A stretch of DNA of 64,000 bases from NCBI GenBank assembly GCA_030390025.1, contig CM059432.1:112098001-112162000 (forward strand), given 5' to 3'. The DNA comes from Squalus acanthias. Taxonomy: Eukaryota. Every line of letters begins with the position of its first letter. Within the stretch, counting starts at the first letter, position 1. The notes beneath the pieces are model-generated. The model saw only the letters and a program-made list of their open reading frames with translations, did not search any database and had not been told where the DNA came from. Below are positions 11,401 through 25,851 of the stretch, piece by piece. The translations under genes and the position numbers were made by a program.

Positions 11401-14400
11401 TCCAGAGTCCTGGCCAAATAATCCAGAGTCCTGGCCAAATAATCCAGAGTCCTGGCCAAATAATCCAGAGTCCTGGCCAAATAATCCAGAGTCCTGGACA
11501 AATAATCCAGAGTCCTTGGCTAATAATCCAGAGTCCAGGACAAATAATCCAGAGTCCTAGACTAGTAATCCAGAGTCCTGGAGAAATAGTCCAGAGTCCT
11601 GGAGAAATAATCCAGAGCCCTGGAGAAATAAACCAGAGTCCTGGACTAATAATCCAGAGTCCTGGACTTATAATCCAGAGTCCTGGACAAATAATCCAGT
11701 GTCCTGGCCAAATAATCCTGAGTCATGGCCAAATAATCCAGTGTCCTGGACAAGTAATCCAGAGTCCTGGACTAGTAATCCACAGTTCTGGACTAATAAT
11801 CCAGTGTCCTGGACAAATAATAAAGAGTCCTGGACTGGTAATCCAGTGTCCGAGACTAGTAATTCAGATCCTGGACTAATAATCCAGTGTCCTGGACTAG
11901 TAATCCAGAGTCCTGGACTAGTAATCCAGAGTCCTGGACTAGTAATCCAGAGTCTTGGACTAATAATCCAGAGTCCTGGACAAGTAATCCAGAGTCCTGG
12001 ACAAATAATCCAGAGTCCTGGGCTAATAAACCAGAGTCCAAGACAAATAATCCAGAGTCCTAGACTAGTAATCCAGAGTCCTGGACTGGTAATCCAGAGT
12101 CCTGGAGAAATAATCCAGAGTCCTGGAGAAATATTTCAGAGCCCTGGAGAAATAATCCAGAGATCTGGACAAATAATCCAGAGTCCTGGACTAATAATTC
12201 AGAGTCCTGGAGAAATAATCCAGAGTCCTGGACTAATAATCCAGATTCCTGGACTAATCATACAGAGTCCTGGACTAATAATCCACAGTCCTGGGCTAAT
12301 AATCCAGAGTCCTGGACAAATAATCCAGAGTCCTTGGCTAAAAATCCAGAGTCCTAGACTAGTAATCCAGAGTCCTGGAGAAATAGTCCAGAGTCCTGGA
12401 GAAATAATCCAGAGCCCTGGAGAAATAATCCAGAGTCCTGGACTAATAATCCAGAGTCCTGGACTAGTAATCCGGAGTCCTGGCCAAATAATCCTGAGTC
12501 ATGGCCAAATAATCCAGTGTCCTGGCCAGATAATCCTGAGTCATGGCCAAATAATCCAGAGTCCTGGACTAGTAATCCAGTGTCCTGGACTAATAATCCA
12601 GAGTCCTGGACTAGTAATCCGGAGTCCTGGCCAAATAATCCTGAGTCATGGCCAAATAATCCAGTGTCCTGGCCAGATAATCCTGAGTCATGGCCAAATA
12701 ATCCAGAGTCCTGGACTAGTAATCCAGTGTCCTGGACTAGTAATCCAGAGTCCACGACAAATAATCCAGTGTCCTGGACTAGTAATCCACAGTTCTGGAC
12801 TAATAATCCAGAGTCCTGGACAAAGAATCCAGAGTCCTGGACTAGTAATCCAGTGTCCTGGACTAGTAATCCAGTGTCCTGGACCAGTAAACCAGAGTCC
12901 TGGACTAGTAATCCAGAGTCCTGGACTAATAATCCGGAGTCCTGGACTAGTAATCCAGAGTCCTGGACGAATAATACAGAGTCCTCGACTAGTAATCCAG
13001 AGTCCTGCACAAATAATCCGGAGTCCTGGACTAGTAATCCAGAGTCCTGGACAAATAATCCAGGGTCCTGGACTGGTAATCCGGAGTCCTGGACAAATAA
13101 TCCAGAGTCCTGGCCAAATAATCCAGAGTCCTGGCCAAATAATCCAGAGTCCTGGCCAAATAATCCGGAGTCCTGGCCAAATAATCCAGAGTCCTGGCCA
13201 AATAATCCAGAGTCCTGGACAAATAATCCAGAGTCCTTGGCTAATAATCCAGAGTCCAAGACAAATAATCCAGAGTCCTGGACAAATAATCCAGAGTCCT
13301 AGACTAGTAATCCAGAGTCCTGGAGAAATAGTCCAGAGTCCTGGAGAAATAATCCAGAGCCCTGGAGAAATAAACCAGAGTCCTGGACTAATAATCCAGA
13401 GTCCTGGACTTATAATCCAGAGTCCTGGACAAATAATCCAGTGTCCTGGCCAAATAATCCTGAGTCATGGCCAAATAATCCAGTGTCCTGGACAAGTAAT
13501 CCAGAGTCCTGGACTAGTAATCCACAGTTCTGGACTAATAATCCAGTGTCCTGGACAAATAATAAAGAGTCCTGGACTGGTAATCCAGTGTCCGAGACTA
13601 GTAATTCAGATCCTGGACTAATAATCCAGTGTCCTGGACTAGTAATCCAGAGTCCTGGACTAGTAATCCAGAGTCCTGGACTAGTAATCCAGAGTCTTGG
13701 ACTAATAATCCAGAGTCCTGGACAAGTAATCCAGAGTCCTGGACAAATAATCCAGAGTCCTGGGCTAATAAACCAGAGTCCAAGACAAATAATCCAGAGT
13801 CCTAGACTAGTAATCCAGAGTCCTGGACTGGTAATCCAGAGTCCTGGAGAAATAATCCAGAGTCCTGGAGAAATATTTCAGAGCCCTGGAGAAATAATCC
13901 AGAGATCTGGACAAATAATCCAGAGTCCTGGACTAATAATTCAGAGTCCTGGAGAAATAATCCAGAGTCCTGGACTAATAATCCAGATTCCTGGACTAAT
14001 CATACAGAGTCCTGGACTAATAATCCACAGTCCTGGGCTAATAATCCAGAGTCCTGGACAAATAATCCAGAGTCCTTGGCTAAAAATCCAGAGTCCTAGA
14101 CTAGTAATCCAGAGTCCTGGAGAAATAGTCCAGAGTCCTGGAGAAATAATCCAGAGCCCTGGAGAAATAATCCAGAGTCCTGGACTAATAATCCAGAGTC
14201 CTGGACTAGTAATCCGGAGTCCTGGCCAAATAATCCTGAGTCATGGCCAAATAATCCAGTGTCCTGGCCAGATAATCCTGAGTCATGGCCAAATAATCCA
14301 GAGTCCTGGACTAGTAATCCAGTGTCCTGGACTAGTAATCCAGAGTCCACGACAAATAATCTAGTGTCCTGGACTAGTAATCCACAGTTCTGGACTAATA

Positions 14401-16269
14401 ATCCAGAGTCCTGGACAAATAATCCAGAGTCCTGGACTAGTAATCCAGTGTCCTGGACTAGTAATCCAGTGTCCTGGACCAGTAAACCAGAGTCCTGGAC
14501 TAGTAATCCAGAGTCCTGGACTAATAATCCGGAGTCCTGGACTAGTAATCCAGAGTCCTGGACGAATAATACAGAGTCCTGGACTAGTAATCCAGAGTCC
14601 TGCACAAATAATCCGGAGTCCTGGACTAGTAATCCAGAGTCCTGGACAAATAATCCAGGGTCCTGGACTGGTAATCCGGAGTCCTGGACAAATAATTCAG
14701 AGTCCTGGCCAAATAATCCAGAGTCCTGGCCAAATAATCCAGAGTCCTGGCCAAATAATCCAGAGTCCTGGCCAAATAATCCAGAGTCCTGGCCAAATAA
14801 TCCAGAGTCCTGGACTAGTAATCCAGAGTCCTGGACTAATAATCCGGAGTCCTGGACTAGTAATCCAGAGTCCTGGACGAATAATACAGAGTCCTGGACT
14901 AGTAATCCAGAGTCCTGCACAAATAATCCGGAGTCCTGGACTAGTAATCCAGAGTCCTGGACAAATAATCCAGGGTCCTGGACTGGTAATCCGGAGTCCT
15001 GGACAAATAATTCAGAGTCCTGGCCAAATAATCCAGAGTCCTGGCCAAATAATCCAGAGTCCTGGCCAAATAATCCAGAGTCCTGGCCAAATAATCCAGA
15101 GTCCTGGCCAAATAATCCAGAGTCCTGGACAAATAATCCAGAGTCCTTGGCTAATAATCCAGAGTCCAAGACAAATAATCCAGAGTCCTGGACAAATAAT
15201 CCAGAGTCCTAGACTAGTAATCCAGAGTCCTGGAGAAATAGTCCAGAGTCCTGGAGAAATAATCCAGAGCCCTGGAGAAATAAACCAGAGTCCTGGACTA
15301 ATAATCCAGAGTCCTGGACTTATAATCCAGAGTCCTGGACAAATAATCCAGTGTCCTGGCCAAATAATCCTGAGTCATGGCCAAATAATCCAGTGTCCTG
15401 GACAAGTAATCCAGAGTCCTGGACTAGTAATCCACAGTTCTGGACTAATAATCCAGTGTCCTGGACAAATAATAAAGAGTCCTGGACTGGTAATCCAGTG
15501 TCCGAGACGAGTAATCCAGATCCTGGACTAATAATCCAGTGTCCTGGACTAGTAATCCAGAGTCCTGGACTAGTAATCCAGAGTCCTGGACTAGTAATCC
15601 AGAGTCTTGGACTAATAATCCAGAGTCCTGGACAAGTAATCCAGAGTCCTGGACTAGTAATCCAGAGTCCTGGACTAGTAATCCGGAGTCCTGGCCAAAT
15701 AATCCTGAGTCATGGCCAAATAATCCAGTGTCCTGGCCAGATAATCCTGAGTCATGGCCAAATAATCCAGAGTCCTGGACTAGTAATCCTGTGTCCTGGA
15801 CTAGTAATCCAGAGTCCACGACAAATAATCTAGTGTCCTGGACTAGTAATCCACAGTTCTGGACTAATAATCCAGAGTCCTGGACAAATAATCCAGAGTC
15901 CTGGACTAGTAATCCAGTGTCCTGGACTAGTAATCCAGTGTCCTGGACCAGTAAACCAGAGTCCTGGACTAGTAATCCAGAGTCCTGGACTAATAATCCG
16001 GAGTCCTGGACTAGTAATCCAGAGTCCTGGACGAATAATACAGAGTCCTGGACTAGTAATCCAGAGTCCTGCACAAATAATCCGGAGTCCTGGACTAGTA
16101 ATCCAGAGTCCTGGACAAATAATCCAGGGTCCTGGACTGGTAATCCGGAGTCCTGGACAAATAATTCAGAGTCCTGGCCAAATAATCCAGAGTCCTGGCC
16201 AAATAATCCAGAGTCCTGGCCAAATAATCCAGAGTCCTGGCCAAATAATCCAGAGTCCTGGCCAAATAA

Positions 16270-19200
16270 TCCAGAGTCCTGGACTAGTAATCCAGAGTCC
16301 TGGACTAATAATCCGGAGTCCTGGACTAGTAATCCAGAGTCCTGGACGAATAATACAGAGTCCTGGACTAGTAATCCAGAGTCCTGCACAAATAATCCGG
16401 AGTCCTGGACTAGTAATCCAGAGTCCTGGACAAATAATCCAGGGTCCTGGACTGGTAATCCGGAGTCCTGGACAAATAATTCAGAGTCCTGGCCAAATAA
16501 TCCAGAGTCCTGGCCAAATAATCCAGAGTCCTGGCCAAATAATCCAGAGTCCTGGCCAAATAATCCAGAGTCCTGGCCAAATAATCCAGAGTCCTGGACA
16601 AATAATCCAGAGTCCTTGGCTAATAATCCAGAGTCCAAGACAAATAATCCAGAGTCCTGGACAAATAATCCAGAGTCCTAGACTAGTAATCCAGAGTCCT
16701 GGAGAAATAGTCCAGAGTCCTGGAGAAATAATCCAGAGCCCTGGAGAAATAAACCAGAGTCCTGGACTAATAATCCAGAGTCCTGGACTTATAATCCAGA
16801 GTCCTGGACAAATAATCCAGTGTCCTGGCCAAATAATCCTGAGTCATGGCCAAATAATCCAGTGTCCTGGACAAGTAATCCAGAGTCCTGGACTAGTAAT
16901 CCACAGTTCTGGACTAATAATCCAGTGTCCTGGACAAATAATAAAGAGTCCTGGACTGGTAATCCAGTGTCCGAGACGAGTAATCCAGATCCTGGACTAA
17001 TAATCCAGTGTCCTGGACTAGTAATCCAGAGTCCTGGACTAGTAATCCAGAGTCCTGGACTAGTAATCCAGAGTCTTGGACTAATAATCCAGAGTCCTGG
17101 ACAAGTAATCCAGAGTCCTGGACTAGTAATCCAGTGTCCTGGACGAGTAATACAGTGTCCTGGACTAATAATCCAGTTTCCTGGACTAGTAATCCAGATC
17201 ATGGACTAGTAATCCAGAGTCCTGGACTAATAATCCAGAATCCAGGACAAATAATCCAGAGTCCTGGACTAGTAATCCAGTGTCCTGGACTAGTAAACCA
17301 GAGTCCTGTACTAGTAATCCAGAGTCCTGGACTAATAATCCGGAGTCCTGGACCAGTAATCCAGAGTCCTGGACCAGTAATCCAGAGTCCTGGACTAATA
17401 ATCCAGAATCCTGGACTAGTAATCCAGAGTCCTGGACTAGTAATCCAGTGTTCTGGACTACTAATCCAGAGTCCTGGACAAATAATCCAGAGCCCTGGAC
17501 TACTAATCCAGAGTCCTGGACAAATAATCCAGAGTCCTGGATTGGTAATCCGAAGTCCTGGACTGGTAATCCAGAGTCCTGGACTAATAATCCAGAGTCC
17601 TGGCCTAATAATCCAGAGTCCTGGACAAATAATCCAGAGTCCTGGACAAATAATCCAGAGTCCTGGACAAATAATCCAGAGTCCTGGGCTAATAATCCAG
17701 AGTCCTGGACTGGTAATCCAGAGTCCTGGACTGGTAATCCAGAGGCCTGGACTAGTAATCCTGAGTCATGGCCAAATAATCCAGAGTCCTGGCCAAATAA
17801 TCCTGAGTCCTGGCCAAATAATCCTGAGTCCTGGCCAAATAATCCTGAGTCATGGCCAAATAATCCAGAGTCCTGGCCAAATAATCCAGAGTCCTGGACA
17901 AATAATCCAGAGTCCTGGGCTAATAATCCAGAGTCCAAGACAAATAATCCAGAGTCCTGGACTGGTAATCCAGAGTCCTGGAGAAATAATCCAGAGTCCT
18001 GGAGAAATAGTTCAGAGTCCTGGACTAATAATTGAGAGTCCTGGACTAGTAAACCAGATTCCTGGACAAATGATTCAGAGTCCTGGAGAAATAATCCAGA
18101 GTTCTGGAGAAATAATCCAGAGTCCTGGAGAAATAGTTCAGAGTCCTGGAGAAATAATCCAGAGTTCTGGACAAATAATCCAAAGTCCTGGACTAATAAT
18201 TGAGAGTCCTGGACTGGTAAACCAGAGTCCTGGAGAAATAGTTCAGAGTCCTGGAGAAATAATCCAGAGTTCTGGACAAATAATCCAGAGTCCTGGACTA
18301 ATAATTGAGAGTCCTGGACTAGTAATCCAGAGTCCTGGACAAATAATCCAGAGTCCTGGACAAATAGTTCAGAGTCCTGGAGAAATAATCCAGAGTTCTG
18401 GACAAATAATCCAGAGTCCTGGACTAATAATCCAGAATTGTTGGACTAATGATTCAGAGTCCTGGACTAATAATCCAGAGTCCTGGGCTAATAATCCAGA
18501 GTCCTGGACAAATAATCCAGAGTCCTTGGCTAATAATCCAGAGTCCAAGACAAATAATCCAGAGTCCTAGAGAAATAGTCCAGAGTCCTGGAGAAATAAT
18601 CCAGAGCCCTGGAGAAATAATCCAGAGTCCTGGACTAATAATCCAGAGTCCTGGACTAATAATTCAGGGTCCTGGACAAATAATCCAGAGTCCTGGCCAA
18701 ATAATCCAGAGTCCTGGACTAGTAATCCAGAGTCCTGGACTAATAATCCGGAGTCCTGGACTAGTAATCCAGAGTCCTGGACGAATAATACAGAGTCCTG
18801 GACTAGTAATCCAGAGTCCTGCACAAATAATCCGGAGTCCTGGACTAGTAATCCAGAGTCCTGGACAAATAATCCAGGGTCCTGGACTGGTAATCCGGAG
18901 TCCTGGACAAATAATTCAGAGTCCTGGCCAAATAATCCAGAGTCCTGGCCAAATAATCCAGAGTCCTGGCCAAATAATCCAGAGTCCTGGCCAAATAATC
19001 CAGAGTCCTGGCCAAATAATCCAGAGTCCTGGACAAATAATCCAGAGTCCTTGGCTAATAATCCAGAGTCCAAGACAAATAATCCAGAGTCCTGGACAAA
19101 TAATCCAGAGTCCTAGACTAGTAATCCAGAGTCCTGGAGAAATAGTCCAGAGTCCTGGAGAAATAATCCAGAGCCCTGGAGAAATAAACCAGAGTCCTGG

Positions 19201-21130
19201 ACTAATAATCCAGAGTCCTGGACTTATAATCCAGAGTCCTGGACAAATAATCCAGTGTCCTGGCCAAATAATCCTGAGTCATGGCCAAATAATCCAGTGT
19301 CCTGGACAAGTAATCCAGAGTCCTGGACTAGTAATCCACAGTTCTGGACTAATAATCCAGTGTCCTGGACAAATAATAAAGAGTCCTGGACTGGTAATCC
19401 AGTGTCCGAGACGAGTAATCCAGATCCTGGACTAATAATCCAGTGTCCTGGACTAGTAATCCAGAGTCCTGGACTAGTAATCCAGAGTCCTGGACTAGTA
19501 ATCCAGAGTCTTGGACTAATAATCCAGAGTCCTGGACAAGTAATCCAGAGTCCTGGACTAGTAATCCAGTGTCCTGGACGAGTAATACAGTGTCCTGGAC
19601 TAATAATCCAGTTTCCTGGACTAGTAATCCAGATCATGGACTAGTAATCCAGAGTCCTGGACTAATAATCCAGAATCCAGGACAAATAATCCAGAGTCCT
19701 GGACTAGTAATCCAGTGTCCTGGACTAGTAAACCAGAGTCCTGTACTAGTAATCCAGAGTCCTGGACTAATAATCCGGAGTCCTGGACCAGTAATCCAGA
19801 GTCCTGGACCAGTAATCCAGAGTCCTGGACTAATAATCCAGAATCCTGGACTAGTAATCCAGAGTCCTGGACTAGTAATCCAGTGTTCTGGACTACTAAT
19901 CCAGAGTCCTGGACAAATAATCCAGAGCCCTGGACTACTAATCCAGAGTCCTGGACAAATAATCCAGAGTCCTGGATTGGTAATCCGAAGTCCTGGACTG
20001 GTAATCCAGAGTCCTGGACTAATAATCCAGAGTCCTGGCCTAATAATCCAGAGTCCTGGACAAATAATCCAGAGTCCTGGACAAATAATCCAGAGTCCTG
20101 GACAAATAATCCAGAGTCCTGGGCTAATAATCCAGAGTCCTGGACTGGTAATCCAGAGTCCTGGACTGGTAATCCAGAGGCCTGGACTAGTAATCCTGAG
20201 TCATGGCCAAATAATCCAGAGTCCTGGCCAAATAATCCTGAGTCCTGGCCAAATAATCCTGAGTCCTGGCCAAATAATCCTGAGTCATGGCCAAATAATC
20301 CAGAGTCCTGGCCAAATAATCCAGAGTCCTGGACAAATAATCCAGAGTCCTGGGCTAATAATCCAGAGTCCAAGACAAATAATCCAGAGTCCTGGACTGG
20401 TAATCCAGAGTCCTGGAGAAATAATCCAGAGTCCTGGAGAAATAGTTCAGAGTCCTGGACTAATAATTGAGAGTCCTGGACTAGTAAACCAGATTCCTGG
20501 ACAAATGATTCAGAGTCCTGGAGAAATAATCCAGAGTTCTGGAGAAATAATCCAGAGTCCTGGAGAAATAGTTCAGAGTCCTGGAGAAATAATCCAGAGT
20601 TCTGGACAAATAATCCAAAGTCCTGGACTAATAATTGAGAGTCCTGGACTGGTAAACCAGAGTCCTGGAGAAATAGTTCAGAGTCCTGGAGAAATAATCC
20701 AGAGTTCTGGACAAATAATCCAGAGTCCTGGACTAATAATTGAGAGTCCTGGACTAGTAATCCAGAGTCCTGGACAAATAATCCAGAGTCCTGGACAAAT
20801 AGTTCAGAGTCCTGGAGAAATAATCCAGAGTTCTGGACAAATAATCCAGAGTCCTGGACTAATAATCCAGAATTGTTGGACTAATGATTCAGAGTCCTGG
20901 ACTAATAATCCAGAGTCCTGGGCTAATAATCCAGAGTCCTGGACAAATAATCCAGAGTCCTTGGCTAATAATCCAGAGTCCAAGACAAATAATCCAGAGT
21001 CCTAGAGAAATAGTCCAGAGTCCTGGAGAAATAATCCAGAGCCCTGGAGAAATAATCCAGAGTCCTGGACTAATAATCCAGAGTCCTGGACTAATAATTC
21101 AGGGTCCTGGACAAATAATCCAGAGTCCTG
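16270..21130. repeat. Near-identical tandem HOR duplication, offset 2435 bp
   Basis: Identical translations at 16410/18845, 16789/19224, 17008/19443, 17186/19621 and 17280/19715, all offset by 2435. Confidence 0.9.
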
Positions 21131-24100
21131 GACTAATAATCCAGATTCCTGGACTAGTAATCCGGAGTCCTGGATTTATAATCCAGAGTCCTGGCCAAAT
21201 AATCCAGTGTCCTGGCCAAATAATCCTGAGTCATGGCCAAATAATCCAGAGTCCTGGACAAGTAATCCAGTGTCCTGGACTAATAATCCAGATTCCTGGA
21301 CAAATAATCCAGTGTCCTGGACTAGTAATCCAGAGTCCTGCACTAGTAATCCACAGTTCTGGACTAATAATCCAGAGTCCTGGACAAATAACCGAGAGTT
21401 CTGTACTAATAATCCAGAGTCCTGGGCTAATAATCCAGAGTCCTGGACAAATAATCCAGAGTCCTTGGCTAAAAATCCAGAGTCCTAGACTAGTAATCCA
21501 GAGTCCTGGAGAAATAGTCCAGAGTCCTGGAGAAATAATCCAGAGCCCTGGAGAAATAATCCAGAGTCCTGGACTAATAATCCAGAGTCCTGGACTAGTA
21601 ATCCGGAGTCCTGGCCAAATAATCCTGAGTCATGGCCAAATAATCCAGTGCCCTGGCCAGATAATCCTGAGTCATGGCCAAATAATCCAGAGTCCTGGAC
21701 TAGTAATCCAGTGTCCTGGCCTAGTAATCCAGAGTCCACGACAAATAATCCAGTGTCCTGGACTAGTAATCCACAGTTCTGGACTAATAATCCAGAGTCC
21801 TGGACAAATAATCCAGAGTCCTGGACTAGTAATCCAGTGTCCTGGACTAGTAATCCAGTGTCCTGGACCAGTAAACCAGAGTCCTGGACTAGTAATCCAG
21901 AGTCCTGGATTAATAATCCGGAGTCCTGGACTAGTAATCCAGAGTCCTGGACGAATAATACAGAGTCCTGGACTAGTAATCCAGAGTCCTGCACAAATAA
22001 TCCGGAGTCCTGGACTAGTAATCCAGAGTCCTGGACAAATAATCCAGGGTCCTGGACTGGTAATCCGGAGTCCTGGACAAATAATCCAGAGTCCTGGCCA
22101 AATAATCCAGAGTCCTGGCCAAATAATCCAGAGTCCTGGCCAAGTAATCCAGAGTCCTGGCCAAATAATCCAGAGTCCTGGCCAAATAATCCAGAGTCCT
22201 GGACAAATAATCCAGAGTCCTTGGCTAATAATCCAGAGTCCAAGACAAATAATCCAGAGTCCTGGACAAATAATCCAGAGTCCTAGACTAGTAATCCAGA
22301 GTCCTGGAGAAATAGTCCAGAGTCCTGGAGAAATAATCCAGAGCCCTGGAGAAATAAACCAGAGTCCTGGACTAATAATCCAGAGTCCTGGATTTATAAT
22401 CCAGAGTCCTGGACAAATAATCCAGTGTCCTGGCCAAATAATCCTGAGTCATGGCCAAATAATCCAGTGTCCTGGACAAGTAATCCAGAGTCCTGGACTA
22501 GTAATCCACAGTTCTGGACTAATAATCCAGTGTCCTGGACAAATAATAAAGAGTCCTGGACTGGTAATCCAGTGTCCGAGACGAGTAATCCAGATCCTGG
22601 ACTAATAATCCAGTGTCCTGGACTAGTAATCCAGAGTCCTGGACTAGTAATCCAGAGTCCTGGACTAGTAATCCAGAGTCTTGGACTAATAATCCAGAGT
22701 CCTGGACAAGTAATCCAGAGTACTGGACTAGTAATCCAGTGTCCTGGACTAGTAATACAGTGTCCTGGACTAATAATCCAGTTTCCTGGACTAGTAATCC
22801 AGATCATGGACTAGTAATCCAGAGTCCTGGACTAATAATCCAGAATCCAGGACAAATAATCCAGAGTCCTGGACTAGTAATCCAGTGTCCTGGACTAGTA
22901 AACCAGAGTCCTGTACTAGTAATCCAGAGTCCTGGACTAATAATCCGGAGTCCTGGACCAGTAATCCAGAGTCCTGGACCAGTAATCCAGAGTCCTGGAG
23001 AAATAGTTCAGAGTCCTGGACTAATAATTGAGAGTCCTGGACTAGTAAACCAGATTCCTGGACAAATGATTCAGAGTCCTGGAGAAATAATCCAGAGTTC
23101 TGGAGAAATAATCCAGAGTCCTGGAGAAATAGTTCAGAGTCCTGGAGAAATAATCCAGAGTTCTGGACAAATAATCCAAAGTCCTGGACTAATAATTGAG
23201 AGTCCTGGACTGGTAAACCAGAGTCCTGGAGAAATAGTTCAGAGTCCTGGAGAAATAATCCAGAGTTCTGGACAAATAATCCAGAGTCCTGGACTAATAA
23301 TTGAGAGTCCTGGACTAGTAATCCAGAGTCCTGGACAAATAATCCAGAGTCCTGGACAAATAGTTCAGAGTCCTGGAGAAATAATCCAGAGTTCTGGACA
23401 AATAATCCAGAGTCCTGGACTAATAATCCAGAATTGTTGGACTAATGATTCAGAGTCCTGGACTAATAATCCAGAGTCCTGGGCTAATAATCCAGAGTCC
23501 TGGACAAATAATCCAGAGTCCTTGGCTAATAATCCAGAGTCCAAGACAAATAATCCAGAGTCCTAGAGAAATAGTCCAGAGTCCTGGAGAAATAATCCAG
23601 AGCCCTGGAGAAATAATCCAGAGTCCTGGACTAATAATCCAGAGTCCTGGACTAATAATTCAGGGTCCTGGACAAATAATCCAGAGTCCTGGACTAATAA
23701 TCCAGATTCCTGGACTAGTAATCCGGAGTCCTGGATTTATAATCCAGAGTCCTGGCCAAATAATCCAGTGTCCTGGCCAAATAATCCTGAGTCATGGCCA
23801 AATAATCCAGAGTCCTGGACAAGTAATCCAGTGTCCTGGACTAATAATCCAGATTCCTGGACAAATAATCCAGTGTCCTGGACTAGTAATCCAGAGTCCT
23901 GGACTAATAATCCAGAATCCTGGACTAGTAATCCAGAGTCCTGGACTAGTAATCCAGTGTTCTGGACTACTAATCCAGAGTCCTGGACAAATAATCCAGA
24001 GTCCTGGACAAATAATCCAGAGTCCTGGGCTAATAATCCAGAGTCCTGGACTGGTAATCCAGAGTCCTGGACTGGTAATCCAGAGGCCTGGACTAGTAAT

Positions 24101-25851
24101 CCTGAGTCATGGCCAAATAATCCAGAGTCCTGGCCAAATAATCCTGAGTCCTGGCCAAATAATCCTGAGTCCTGGCCAAATAATCCTGACTCATGGCCAA
24201 ATAATCCAGAGCCCTGGCCAAATAATCCAGAGTCCTGGACAAATAATCCAGAGTCCTGGGCTAATAATCCAGAGTCCAAGACAAATAATCCAGAGTCCTG
24301 GACTGGTAATCCAGAGTCCTGGAGAAATAATCCAGAGTCCTGGAGAAATAGTTCAGAGTCCTGGACTAATAATTGAGAGTCCTGGACTAGTAAACCAGAT
24401 TCCTGGACAAATTATTCAGAGTCCTGGAGAAATAATCCAGAGTTCTGGAGAAATAATCCAGAGTCCTGGAGAAATAATCCAGAGTCCTGGAGAAATAGTT
24501 CAGAGTTCTGGACAAATAATCCAGAGTCCTGGACTAATAATTGAGAGTCCTGGACTAGTAAACCAGAGTCCTGGAGAAATAGTTCAGAGTCCTGGAGAAA
24601 TAATCCAGAGTTCTGGACAAATAATCCAGAGTCCTGGACTAATAATTGAGAGTCCTGGACTAGTAATCCAGAGTCCTGGACAAATAATCCAGAGTCCTGG
24701 ACAAATAGTTCAGAGTCCTGGAGAAATAATCCAGAGTTCTGGACAAATAATCCAGAGTCCTGGACTAATAATCCAGAATTGTTGGACTAATGATTCAGAG
24801 TCCTGGACTAATAATCCAGAGTCCTGGGCTAATAATCCAGAGTCCTGGACAAATAATCCAGAGTCCTTGGCTAATAATCCAGAGTCCAAGACAAATAATC
24901 CAGAGTCCTAGAGAAATAGTCCAGAGTCCTGGAGAAATAATCCAGAGCCCTGGAGAAATAATCCAGAGTCCTGGACTAATAATCCAGAGTCCTGGACTAA
25001 TAATCCAGGGTCCTGGACAAATAATCCAGAGTCCTGGACTAATAATCCAGATTCCTGGACTAGTAATCCGGAGTCCTGGATTTATAATCCAGAGTCCTGG
25101 CCAAATAATCCAGTGTCCTGGCCAAATAATCCTGAGTCATGGCCAAATAATCCAGAGTCCTGGACAAGTAATCCAGTGTCCTGGACTAATAATCCAGATT
25201 CCTGGACAAATAATCCAGTGTCCTGGACTAGTAATCCCGAGTCCTGCACTAGTAATCCACAGTTCTGGACTAATAATCCAGAGTCCTGGACAAATAACCG
25301 AGAGTTCTGTACTAGTAATCCAGTGTCCTGGAGTAGTAATCCAGTGTCCTGGACTAATAATCCAGTTTCCTGGACTAGTAATCCAGAGTCCGGGACTAAT
25401 AATCCAGAGTCCAGGACAAATAATAAAGAGTCCTGGACTAGTAATCCAGTGTCCTGGACTGGTAAATCAGAGTCCTGGACTAGTAATCCAGAGTCCTGGA
25501 CTAATAATCCGGAGTCCTGGACTAGTAATCCAGAGTCCTGGACTAATAATACAGAGTCCTGGACTAGTAATCCAGAGTCCTGCACAAATAATCCGGAGTC
25601 CTGGACTAGTAATCCAGAGTCCTGAACAAATAATCCAGAGTCCTGGACTAGTAATCCAGAGTCCTGGACAAATAATCCGAAGTCCTGGACTTTTAATCCA
25701 GAGTCCTGGACTAGTAATCCAGAGTCCTGCACAAATAATCCGGAGTCCTGGACTAGTAATCCAGAGTCCTGAACAAATAATCCAGAGTCCTGGACTGGTA
25801 ATCCAGAGTCCTGGACAAATAATCCAGAGTCCTGGACTGGTAATCCAGAGT

